Shown here piece by piece: positions 25,849 to 34,937 of a stretch of DNA of 64,000 nucleotides (position 1 is its first letter; each line of letters starts with the position of its first letter). The notes beneath the pieces are model-generated. The model was given only the letters and a program-made list of their open reading frames with translations. It was not told where the DNA came from and did no database searches. The position numbers and the translations under genes were made by a program. The DNA is from Clostridiales bacterium (GTDB taxonomy: Bacteria > Acidobacteriota > Aminicenantia > Aminicenantales > UBA8522), in contig JARYMI010000010.1 in NCBI GenBank assembly GCA_029907205.1, positions 16,097 to 80,096 of the forward strand, given 5' to 3'.

Positions 25849-28005
25849 ATGAAGAAGATATTTCTTATTATTTTTATAGGTATAGTAGGCTTATCCTCTA
25901 GCCTGGAGGGGGTGGTGCCCAGGAAATGGGAGCTGCGGGACAGGGATGCCTTTCTCCGAGGAAAGCTTGACGGAATCTCTGTCTCGTCCGAAGGCGTTCT
26001 CACGCTGGCTCCCCGGGAAGAGAGAGTGGAGGGGCCTGCTGAAGATTTCTACCTTTCTTTGCTCGTCTCTGCAGACGGGACAGCTTATCTCGGCACCGGA
26101 CACGGAGGAAAAATCTACCGCCTGGCCAGGGACGGAAAAATCGACCTTTACTTCCAGGCGCCGGAGATGGACGTTACCTGCTTGACCCAGGATGGGCAGG
26201 GAACTCTTTTCGCCGGGACGTCGCCGAACGGCAAAATTTACAAGATAACGGGCAAAGACAAGAGCGAAGTTTTTTTCAACCCGGGCGAGAAATACATCTG
26301 GGACCTCGTTTTTGCCGAGGGCGGCGCCTTGATGGCCGCTGTGGGCGAGGGCGGAGGGGTCTACAGGATCAACCCGAAGGGAGAGGGCCAGCTCATCCTC
26401 AAGGCTGAAGAAAATCATATCCTCTGTCTCAAAAAAGACGAGAAAGGCGGGTTCATCGCCGGCAGCGGCGGCGTTGGCGTCCTTTACAGGCTCAGCCCTG
26501 AAGGCCGGACGAGCGTGCTTTTCGAGTCTCCTTTTGAGGAGATCAAGAGTATCGCCCTGGACAAGGAAGGGCAGATTTATGTCGCGGCGGGCGGCTCTCC
26601 TTCGCGAACGAAGAGGGAGGCGCCGGTTGAGGCGGCTCCCCGGGTTTCGACAGACGTGACGGTGACAGTGAGCGCTTCGCCGCAGCCGTTGGCTCCGCCG
26701 GCACCAGCGGCGGCCCAGAGAGAGCCGGGCGCTCTCTTCCGCGTCCGTTCTGACGGCGTCGCCAAAAAAATCTGGGAATCAGAGGACGAACTTATTTATG
26801 CGCTTCACTGGGACGAAGCTGAGAAAAAGCTCATCTTCAGCACGGGAAATAATGGCCGCATCTATGGCCTCGATAAGGACGATAAAACGTCGCTCCTCCT
26901 TCAGGAGCCTTCGGAGCAGGTCTATGCTCTTGTCCCATCAGGCCAGAGGCTTTACGTCCTGGCCAATAATCCGTCGCGGATGAGCATTATTTTTCCAGAA
27001 CAGAGGTTTAACGGGGAGTATTTGAGCGATGTTCTCGACACCAAGACAGTTTCGTCGTGGGGAAAGTTAGAGTTTGAGGCCGATCTTCCGTCTGGGACGA
27101 CCCTCCAGCTCCAGACGCGCAGCGGCAATTCTTTTGAACCGAACAGCATGTGGAGCGACTGGTCGCCTCCGTACCAGAAGGGAGAAGAGCAGATCCTCAG
27201 CCCGCGCGGCCGTTACCTCCAGTTCAAAATTCTCTTCAAGACCCAGTCGGGCAAGGCCTCTCCGTCGTTCAGGAGAGCGGAGCTCTTTTACCTTCAGTCC
27301 AACCTTGCTCCTGTTGTCAAGACGCTCAGGCTCCTGCCGCCGAACGAGGTTTATCTTAAACCTCTGGAGCAGGATGAAGTCATCTGGGGAGTGAGCGACG
27401 TGCCTTTCAAGCAAGAGGGGAAAAAGGAAGAGGTCAAGGCCTCCCTTCTCGCCAAGAAAGTTGAGAGAAAAGGCTACCAGACCGTCGTCTGGGAAGCCGA
27501 GGATGAAAACGAGGACGATCTTGTCTATTCTCTTTTTATCAGCAAAGAAGGGGATACCGTCTGGCGGCTTTTGAAAGATGGTTGGAGGGATTCCCTGTTT
27601 GCCTTTGACACGGTGTCTTATCCTGATGGCATCTACTTTATCAAGGTCGAAGCGTCTGACGCCGGTTCCAACCCGCCGGGCACAGAGCTCAGGGCCGGGA
27701 AAATCAGCCAGCCTTTGACGATCGACAATTCCCTGCCGGCGATCAAGAATTTCACGGCCGCGAGAAAGGGGAGCAGCATCGACGTTTCTTTTCAGGCCGA
27801 GGATTCTTTTTCGGCCCTTGAGAGAGCCGAGTATCTCATCCGGCCGGGAGACTGGAGGGTGGTTTTTCCTATTGACGGCATCTGCGATTCGAAGCGGGAG
27901 AGCTTCACGTTCACGGCCCCGCTTCCGGCCAACGCCGATAACCTCATTACCGTTCGTGTGATCGACAGACACCGGAACGTCGGCGTGTTCAGGCAGGTTT
28001 TCTGA
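25849..28005 (+). CDS. Exported beta-propeller plus Ig/FN3-like domain protein
   Basis: Repeated GT.YLGTG..GKIYR blades; QTRSGN...WSDWS, RYLQFK, DGIYFIKVEASD. Confidence 0.8.
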   Translation: MKKIFLIIFIGIVGLSSSLEGVVPRKWELRDRDAFLRGKLDGISVSSEGVLTLAPREERVEGPAEDFYLSLLVSADGTAYLGTGHGGKIYRLARDGKIDLYFQAPEMDVTCLTQDGQGTLFAGTSPNGKIYKITGKDKSEVFFNPGEKYIWDLVFAEGGALMAAVGEGGGVYRINPKGEGQLILKAEENHILCLKKDEKGGFIAGSGGVGVLYRLSPEGRTSVLFESPFEEIKSIALDKEGQIYVAAGGSPSRTKREAPVEAAPRVSTDVTVTVSASPQPLAPPAPAAAQREPGALFRVRSDGVAKKIWESEDELIYALHWDEAEKKLIFSTGNNGRIYGLDKDDKTSLLLQEPSEQVYALVPSGQRLYVLANNPSRMSIIFPEQRFNGEYLSDVLDTKTVSSWGKLEFEADLPSGTTLQLQTRSGNSFEPNSMWSDWSPPYQKGEEQILSPRGRYLQFKILFKTQSGKASPSFRRAELFYLQSNLAPVVKTLRLLPPNEVYLKPLEQDEVIWGVSDVPFKQEGKKEEVKASLLAKKVERKGYQTVVWEAEDENEDDLVYSLFISKEGDTVWRLLKDGWRDSLFAFDTVSYPDGIYFIKVEASDAGSNPPGTELRAGKISQPLTIDNSLPAIKNFTAARKGSSIDVSFQAEDSFSALERAEYLIRPGDWRVVFPIDGICDSKRESFTFTAPLPANADNLITVRVIDRHRNVGVFRQVF

Positions 28006-28020
28006 CAGAAGAAAGCTGGC

Positions 28021-28587
28021 CTAACCGCTCTTGGCCCGTTCGACGTACTTGTCCTCCCTCGTGTCCACGCGGACGACATCTCCTCCTTTGATAAACTGCG
28101 GAACGGAGATGACCAACCCCGTTTCCAGCTTGGCCGGTTTGTTGGAAGCCGATTGGGTTGCGCCTTTCAGGTAAGGTTCCGTCTCGACAACCTTCAGGTC
28201 GACGGTCAACGGAGGCCTGACGCCGACGGGCTTGCCCTCGTTGAACTCGATGGTAAAGACAATGTTGGAGACGAGGTATTTAGCCCCGTCGCCGATGACC
28301 TCAGGACTGAGGCGAATCTGTTCGTAATTTTCCAGGTTCATGAAAATCGCGTCCTCGCCGCTTGTGTACAGGAATTCCATCTCCACTTCTTCGAGAAACG
28401 CCTGCTCGACCCTGTCCTCTGAGCGGAACCGGTAATCCAGGAGGCTCTGGTCCTTGAGGTTCCGCAGCTTGGTCTGGATCATCGCTTTCCACCGTCCCGG
28501 CGTGATGTGAGTCGCCTCTAAGACTTTATAGAGGTTGCCCTCGAGTTTGATGATCATTCCTCTCCGAATTTGAGTCGCGTTGATCAT
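28021..28587 (-). CDS. efp: Elongation factor P
   Basis: MEFLY, FMNLENYEQI, KPAKLETGLVISVPQFIKGGDVVRVDTRE. Confidence 0.95.
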   Translation of the reverse strand: MINATQIRRGMIIKLEGNLYKVLEATHITPGRWKAMIQTKLRNLKDQSLLDYRFRSEDRVEQAFLEEVEMEFLYTSGEDAIFMNLENYEQIRLSPEVIGDGAKYLVSNIVFTIEFNEGKPVGVRPPLTVDLKVVETEPYLKGATQSASNKPAKLETGLVISVPQFIKGGDVVRVDTREDKYVERAKSG

Positions 28588-28750
28588 GCCTCCTCCACGA
28601 ATCTTCGCTTGAGAAGCGGCCCTATCTTTTTAGCGGAAGTTGGCGGCTCTGTCAATAAAATCTAGGAAATTGTCTTTTCGAACAAATCGAAGCAATTTTA
28701 GTTGATTTTAATGGAGCTTTCTTATATCTAATTTTAAATAAGGTGAAGGC

Positions 28751-29530
28751 ATGAAGGCGGAAGTTATTTTTTTAGGGACGGGCGGTTCGGTTGCGACTCC
28801 TGTGAGGGACAACACGTCCTTGCTCCTGCGAAGCGGGGAGGATGTTATCCTCGTTGATTGCCCAGGAAGCCTCATCCAGAAGCTCGGGAAGCTCAGGATA
28901 GACCCTCGCCGGGTGAGGACGATCCTGCTGACCCACGTTCATCCCGATCACGTTTACGGCCTGCCCGCCTTCATCCATAGCCTAATGCTCGAGGAAGGAG
29001 AGATCCAGTTTTTTGCTTCAGCCAGAGCCACAGTGCTCGCCCGCCGGCTGCTTGATCTTTTCGAGCTGCGAGAGAAAGAAATAAAAACAAGGGTTCGCTT
29101 CAAAAGCTTGCGGCTGGGGAAGAAAATTGGCATTTCCCCTTCTATAGCCGTCAAACCATTTCCTGTTCCTCATCATCCGTCCTCCGTGGCTTACCATTTT
29201 TATTTTAAGGAGGAACGGAAAGAATTAATTTTTTCTGGAGACACGCCCGTTCATCCGCCCCTTTTTGAGGAAGCCCGCGGAATCGACTGGTTGATCCATG
29301 ATTCCAGCGCTCCCTCCCGGTTCTTCAGGAAATATCCCGCGCTTCGCCGCATGCACACGAGCGCCCTGGACTTGGGCTGGATGAGCCAGAAGGCTTCGGT
29401 CAAAGGCCTCGTTCCTATCCATTTTCTGGGGGAGGTCAGTTTCTCCCCAGCTGAAATCGAGAGAGAAATCAGGCAGAGTTTTCGCGGCCGGCTGATCATT
29501 CCCGAAGACCTCCAGAGGCTGAAGCTGTGA
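28751..29530 (+). CDS. MBL-fold hydrolase, RNase Z-like
   Basis: FLGTGG, VDCPG, THVHPDH, FSGDT, LIHDS, MHTS, PIH. Confidence 0.85.
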   Translation: MKAEVIFLGTGGSVATPVRDNTSLLLRSGEDVILVDCPGSLIQKLGKLRIDPRRVRTILLTHVHPDHVYGLPAFIHSLMLEEGEIQFFASARATVLARRLLDLFELREKEIKTRVRFKSLRLGKKIGISPSIAVKPFPVPHHPSSVAYHFYFKEERKELIFSGDTPVHPPLFEEARGIDWLIHDSSAPSRFFRKYPALRRMHTSALDLGWMSQKASVKGLVPIHFLGEVSFSPAEIEREIRQSFRGRLIIPEDLQRLKL

Positions 29531-29608
29531 AGAACGAGCTGCGGCCGCGGACAAGGTGCAAGCTCTGTTCTTCAAGGAGATCATCTCAATAAATGTCGGA
29601 AGGTAAAC

Positions 29609-31318
29609 ATGACCAAAAGAAAACGATGGCTTTTCGGTTTCCTCCTTTTTGGTCTCGTCTTTTCCGGATGCGTCAGGAAGAGAGAAATGGCTGATCTTGT
29701 CCTGATAAACGGCGTCGTCTGGACAGGAGAGGAAATGCTTCCTTGGGCAGAGGCAGTGGCCGTTCAAGGGGAAAGGATTTTTGCTGTGGGAAAGAGCCGC
29801 GAGATCAAGAACCTGGCCGGGGAAAAAACTCGGGTTCTCGACCTTAAAGGAAGCCTTGTCCTTCCCGGGTTTATCGACAGCCACACTCATTTCCTTGACG
29901 GCGGATTTTCTCTGTTGAGCATCCAGTTGCGGGAGGCAAAGAGCAAAGCTGAGTTTATCGCCCGGATAAAAGAAAAAGCAGAGGAGTTGGGGCCTGGCGA
30001 GTGGATCCTCAACGGCAACTGGGACCAGCAGCAATTCGACCCGCCTGAGTTGCCGCGTCGTGACTGGATCGACGCGGTCACGCCAGAGAACCCTGTCTGT
30101 GTCAACCGGCACGATGGACACATGGCCCTGGCGAACAGCCTGGCCCTTCGTCTGGCTGGGATCACGAAAGTGACGCCATCTCCGGAAGGAGGCGAAATTT
30201 TCAAGGATCCGTCAACCGGCGAGCCGACCGGCATCCTCAAAGACGCGGCCATAGACCTGGTATCCCGTCACATTCCCGAGCCATCCTTAGAGGCTAAGAT
30301 CAAGGCTGCTGAGGCCGCTCTGCGGCATGCTGCCGAATGCGGCGTGACCTCTGTCCACGACATGGCTCAGGCCGGAAACTTTGAGGTCTACCAGGAGCTC
30401 CAGAAGAGGGGAGGGCTCACCACGAGGATATTTCTTTATATCCCGGTGAGCGAGGTCGAGGTCTTTTCGCGGCTTTGCCTAAAAACGCCCTTCGGCAATG
30501 ACTACCTGAAAATCGGCGGGTTGAAGGGATTTATCGACGGCTCTCTGGGCTCCTCGACAGCGCTGTTTTTTGAGCCTTACGCTGATAACCCTGAACTCAC
30601 CGGCCTGCTGAATGCTCAAATGTTTCCCGAGGGAATCATGGAGAAGAGGATTATGGCCGCCGATAAGGCCGGCCTTCAAGTAGCTATTCATGCCATCGGC
30701 GACAGAGCCAACGCTCTCATCCTCGACATATTCGAAAGAGTGATCGCCCAGAATGGGCCCCGCGAAAGGCGGTGGCGGGTCGAGCATGCCCAGCATCTGA
30801 GGCCGGAGGACATCGCTCGGATGGGCCGGCTCGGCATCATCGCCTCCGTCCAACCCTACCATGCCATCGACGACGGCCGCTGGGCAGAGACGAAGATAGG
30901 CTGGGAGAGATGCCGGACGACCTACGCCTTTCGGTCGCTCCTCGACGCCGGCGCGCTTCTTGCCTGTGGGTCGGACTGGACCGTGGCTCCCCTCGACCCC
31001 CTCAGCGGGATTTACGCTGCCGTGACAAGGCAAACGACTGACGGCAATAACCCGGGGGGCTGGTTCCCGGAGCAGAAGATTTCTCTCGAGGAAGCTCTCA
31101 AGGGGTATACTTGGAACGGCGCCTACTCTGAGTTTGCTGAAGATAAAAAAGGCTCGATAGCCACAGGCAAGCTGGCCGACCTCGTCGTCCTCGACCGGAA
31201 CATCTTCGATATTCCGGCTGAGGAAATCGGCCAGGCGCGCGTTTTGACGACCATCGTCGGCGGCACGATCGTGTTCCGCCGCCAAGAAGGCGGGGGCAGC
31301 ATCTTCAAGAGCATATAA
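29609..31318 (+). CDS. Amidohydrolase 3 (YtcJ-like) lipoprotein
   Basis: Lipobox FSGC; PGFIDSHTH, IHAIGDRAN, RVEHAQ, GSDW. Confidence 0.92.
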   Translation: MTKRKRWLFGFLLFGLVFSGCVRKREMADLVLINGVVWTGEEMLPWAEAVAVQGERIFAVGKSREIKNLAGEKTRVLDLKGSLVLPGFIDSHTHFLDGGFSLLSIQLREAKSKAEFIARIKEKAEELGPGEWILNGNWDQQQFDPPELPRRDWIDAVTPENPVCVNRHDGHMALANSLALRLAGITKVTPSPEGGEIFKDPSTGEPTGILKDAAIDLVSRHIPEPSLEAKIKAAEAALRHAAECGVTSVHDMAQAGNFEVYQELQKRGGLTTRIFLYIPVSEVEVFSRLCLKTPFGNDYLKIGGLKGFIDGSLGSSTALFFEPYADNPELTGLLNAQMFPEGIMEKRIMAADKAGLQVAIHAIGDRANALILDIFERVIAQNGPRERRWRVEHAQHLRPEDIARMGRLGIIASVQPYHAIDDGRWAETKIGWERCRTTYAFRSLLDAGALLACGSDWTVAPLDPLSGIYAAVTRQTTDGNNPGGWFPEQKISLEEALKGYTWNGAYSEFAEDKKGSIATGKLADLVVLDRNIFDIPAEEIGQARVLTTIVGGTIVFRRQEGGGSIFKSI

Positions 31319-31360
31319 AAGGGTGGAAAATTAGGTAAAAGGGTAAGCTGTCCCCAATTT
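31292..31360. repeat. Family-B palindromic repeat copy overlapping the amidohydrolase 3' end
   Basis: gggggcagc ... gctgtccccaattt arms, the same as at 9648 and 41657. Confidence 0.55.
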
Positions 31361-31433
31361 TTGGGAACGAGAACGACAAGTTGTTTCGAGAAAGCGATTC
31401 TGGTAATATATTTAACCTTTTTTGAAGGAGGCG

Positions 31434-32549
31434 ATGATGAACGTCGGCGTGATCAACGAAAGTTCGAAGATAGAAAATAGAGCCGGCCTCAACCCCAGCG
31501 GCGTGTCCTTCCTGGTTGAGAAAGGGCACACCGTCTATGTCCAGGCTGGCGCCGGGCTTAAAGCCGGCTACTCAAACGAGGAATACACGGCCCAGGGTGC
31601 CAGCATCGTTTTCACCAAAGAAGAAGTCTTCGGCCGGTCGGACGTCGTCCTAAATATTTCGCCGCTCAACCAGGAAGAGTGTGAGCTCGTGAAAAAAGAT
31701 CAAATTTTGATAGGATTCCATCATCTCGCCGTTGCCAAGAAAGGCATCGTTGAGGAGCTCCTGAAGAAGAACGTCATCATGATTGGCTACGAGATCATCC
31801 AGGAAGAGGATGAAATCCTGCCTTTCTACGAAAACTTGAGTGAGATCGCCGGTCAGATGTGCCTGGCGATTGCCGGCCACTACCTCCAGACAAATCAAGG
31901 CGGCCGTGGGATGATCCTTGGCGGTGTGGTTAGTGTGCCTCCCGCCACAGTCGTCGTCATCGGCAGCGGCGTTCTGGCCCGCAGCGCGACCCGGGCTCTG
32001 TTGGGCGCGGGTGCCCACACGATCGTCCTCGGCCATAACATGGAACGGATGCGCCGGATCGAAGAGATGACGGCTGGCCGGGTGATCACGTTGATGGGGA
32101 GCAAGTACAACCTGACGCGCTTGACGAAAGTGGCTGATGTTCTCATCGGCGCCGTCCTCAGGCCTGGGGAGCGGGCGCCTATCATGATCACGCGCGAGAT
32201 GGTCAAGGCAATGAGGCCCGGTTCGGTCATCATCGACCTGGCCATCGACCACGGCGGGTGTATAGAGACAAGCCGGCCGACGACTCTCGAGCATCCGACG
32301 TTTGTCGACGAAGGAATCATCCATTACTGTGTTCCTAACATCACATCCTCTGTCAGCCGGACATCGACCAAGGTCCTCTCCAACCTTGTCGTCCGGTACT
32401 TGCATGAGATCGGCGATTTTGGCGTCGACGAAGCTCTCCAGCGTGACCTGTCGCTCGCCCGGGGTGTCTACATATGCCGAGGTTGTCTCACCAAAAAGAA
32501 CATTGCCGAGCGATTCGGCCTTGAATGGAAAGATCAATTTCCCTGTTGA
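31434..32549 (+). CDS. Alanine dehydrogenase-like protein (AlaDH/PNT family), key residues substituted
   Basis: Full-length Ald alignment (ENR, QAGAG, SEIAG, GGRG..LGGV, AIDHGGC..SRPTT), but KVKEP is NISPL, GxGxxG is GSGVLA and VLDIN is VLGHN. Confidence 0.85.
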   Translation: MMNVGVINESSKIENRAGLNPSGVSFLVEKGHTVYVQAGAGLKAGYSNEEYTAQGASIVFTKEEVFGRSDVVLNISPLNQEECELVKKDQILIGFHHLAVAKKGIVEELLKKNVIMIGYEIIQEEDEILPFYENLSEIAGQMCLAIAGHYLQTNQGGRGMILGGVVSVPPATVVVIGSGVLARSATRALLGAGAHTIVLGHNMERMRRIEEMTAGRVITLMGSKYNLTRLTKVADVLIGAVLRPGERAPIMITREMVKAMRPGSVIIDLAIDHGGCIETSRPTTLEHPTFVDEGIIHYCVPNITSSVSRTSTKVLSNLVVRYLHEIGDFGVDEALQRDLSLARGVYICRGCLTKKNIAERFGLEWKDQFPC

Positions 32550-32566
32550 GAAGCAGGAGAGGCAAG

Positions 32567-33019
32567 GTGGAGATAGCAAAAATCCTCGGCGAATTCCACG
32601 GGCTTCAAAAAGACCTCATCCATATCCTCCACCGGGTCCAGGCCCAATTCGGCTATATTCCGCCCGAGGCTGTTGCTCAGATTGCCGAGTGTCTAAAAAT
32701 CAGCGAGAACGAAATTTTCGGCGTGCTCACGTTTTACAAAGCCTTCAGCCTCGAGCCGCGAGGCCAGTATCTCGTCACGGTCTGTCTCGGCACAGCCTGC
32801 CATGTCCGGGGAGGCGTCCAAATCGTCGAAGAGATGGAAAGAAAACTCCAGGTCAAGGCCGGCCAAACGACGCCGGACAAGAAATTCACCCTGGAAACCG
32901 TCAACTGCCTGGGATGCTGCGCCATCGGTCCTGTCGTCGTCGTCAACGGAAAATATTACTCCCATGTCACTCTCAACAAAGTTGAGCCAATTATCAAAGA
33001 GTACAGAGAAGCGGGTTAA
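32567..33019 (+). CDS. NuoE/HydC-like [2Fe-2S] subunit (BfuC-like)
   Basis: VCLGTACHVRG, VNCLGCCAIGP; GTG start with GGAG RBS. Confidence 0.92.
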   Translation: MEIAKILGEFHGLQKDLIHILHRVQAQFGYIPPEAVAQIAECLKISENEIFGVLTFYKAFSLEPRGQYLVTVCLGTACHVRGGVQIVEEMERKLQVKAGQTTPDKKFTLETVNCLGCCAIGPVVVVNGKYYSHVTLNKVEPIIKEYREAG

Positions 33020-33025
33020 GCGGTC

Positions 33026-34936
33026 ATGAAAAAGATCAGTCATCCTTCCCAGCTCCAGGATTGGAAGAAGCGGCTTTTGGCTGAACAGCCCGCCTATGAC
33101 AAGACTATTGTTGTCTCTTCAGGAACCTGCGGCCAGGCCAGCGGCTCCCTTCAGATCATCGAAGCCCTGAACTCGGAGCTGGAGAAGAAGGATCTGCGAG
33201 AGACGGTCGGACTCGAGATCACAGGCTGCCACGGCTTCTGCGAGCTCGAACCAAATATCGTCATCTATCCGCAGGGCATTTTTTATAAAAAACTCACACC
33301 GAACGACATTCCCCGGGTCATCGATGAAACAATCCTGAAAAATAAAATTGTCCCTTCTCTCATCTACGAAGACCCGAGGACCGGCCGCCGTTTTTCCCTT
33401 CAGAAGGACTTCCCTTTCTACCAGAAACAGAACCGTCTCCTCACCGAGAATAACTTCAGGATCGACCCGACAAAAATCGAAGACTACATCATGATCGATG
33501 GCTATCAGGCTTTAGCCAAGGTTCTCTTCGACATGACGGCTGAGGAGGTGATTGCCGAGATCCGCGCATCTGCTTTGCGGGGCAGAGGAGGGGCAGGATT
33601 TCCGACTGGATTGAAGTGGGAGATCTGCCGCAACGCCTCTTCTGACCGGAAATACATCATCTGCAACGCTGACGAGGGAGACCCCGGCGCTTACATGGAC
33701 CGCAGCCTCCTCGAGGGAAACCCCCACAGCGTCATCGAGGGAATGATTATCGGCGCTTACGCGATCGGCGCCGCCGAAGGCTATATCTATGTTCGGACGG
33801 AATACCCGTTGGCAGTAAAGCATGTCAGTATTGCCCTTGAGCAGGCCAGGGTGCGCGGGCTGCTGGGGAAGTCCATCCTGGGCTCGGAATTCCATTTTGA
33901 CATCCACATTGTTGAGGGCGCGGGAGCCTTTGTCTCCGGTGAAGAAACCTCGCTCATGGCTTCGATCGAAGGCCGGCACGCTTTCCCCAGGCAGCGGCCG
34001 CCTTTTCCCGCCCAGGAAGGGTTGTGGGGAAAGCCGACCAACATCAACAACGTCGAAACCTGGGCCAACGTTCCGCTCATCATCAACCGCGGCGCTAAAG
34101 AGTACAGCCAGATCGGCACTGCCGGGAGCAAGGGAACGAAGATTTTTTCGTTGGTGGGCAAAATAAACAACACCGGACTTGTGGAAGTGCCGATGGGAAT
34201 CACCCTTCGTGAAATTATCTATGACATCGGCGGCGGGATCAAGGACGGCAAGAACTTCAAGGCCGTCCAGACAGGAGGGCCTTCAGGTGGGTGCATCCCG
34301 GCAGAGAAGTTAGACTTGCCGATTGACTACGACACCCTCACTCAGGCCGGTTCGATCATGGGCTCGGGCGGCATGATCGTGATGGACGAGGATACCTGCA
34401 TGGTCGATGTTGCCCGTTATTTTCTTCATTTCACCCAGGAAGAATCGTGCGGCAAGTGCGTTCCTTGTCGGGTAGGCACGAGGCAGATGCATGACATCCT
34501 GACGCGCATCACTCGGGGCCTGGGAGAGGAGAGGGACCTCGACCAGCTTGAGGAGCTGGCCAATTCTGTCCAAAGCGCTTCTCTCTGCGGGCTCGGCCAG
34601 ACAGCTCCCAACCCTGTGCTCACGACTCTTCGCTATTTCAGGCCGGAATACGAAGCCCATATCAAGAAGAAAAGCTGTCCGGCCTTAGTCTGCAAAGAGC
34701 TCCTCGTCTATTACATCGAGCCGGAAATATGCGTCGGCTGCCTCCTTTGCAAAAAAGGCTGTCCAGTCGAGGCGATAAGCGGCGAGAGGAAGAAGGTTCA
34801 CGCGATCGACCAGGACGTGTGCATCAAGTGCGGGGCCTGTCTTGAAATATGCCCCCCTAAAATTAAAGCTGTTTTCAAGTATACGGGCAAGAAAAAGGAA
34901 AAAATCCTCAAAAAAAAGCTGAGCGAGAAGGTTTAG
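33026..34936 (+). CDS. NuoF/HydB-like FMN/NADH subunit (BfuB-like)
   Basis: N-terminal thioredoxin-like Fe-S domain (GCHGFC), GRGGAGFPTG, NADEGDPGAYM, GGPSGG, ESCGKCVPCR, C-terminal 2x[4Fe-4S]. Confidence 0.93.
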   Translation: MKKISHPSQLQDWKKRLLAEQPAYDKTIVVSSGTCGQASGSLQIIEALNSELEKKDLRETVGLEITGCHGFCELEPNIVIYPQGIFYKKLTPNDIPRVIDETILKNKIVPSLIYEDPRTGRRFSLQKDFPFYQKQNRLLTENNFRIDPTKIEDYIMIDGYQALAKVLFDMTAEEVIAEIRASALRGRGGAGFPTGLKWEICRNASSDRKYIICNADEGDPGAYMDRSLLEGNPHSVIEGMIIGAYAIGAAEGYIYVRTEYPLAVKHVSIALEQARVRGLLGKSILGSEFHFDIHIVEGAGAFVSGEETSLMASIEGRHAFPRQRPPFPAQEGLWGKPTNINNVETWANVPLIINRGAKEYSQIGTAGSKGTKIFSLVGKINNTGLVEVPMGITLREIIYDIGGGIKDGKNFKAVQTGGPSGGCIPAEKLDLPIDYDTLTQAGSIMGSGGMIVMDEDTCMVDVARYFLHFTQEESCGKCVPCRVGTRQMHDILTRITRGLGEERDLDQLEELANSVQSASLCGLGQTAPNPVLTTLRYFRPEYEAHIKKKSCPALVCKELLVYYIEPEICVGCLLCKKGCPVEAISGERKKVHAIDQDVCIKCGACLEICPPKIKAVFKYTGKKKEKILKKKLSEKV

Positions 34937-34937
34937 G

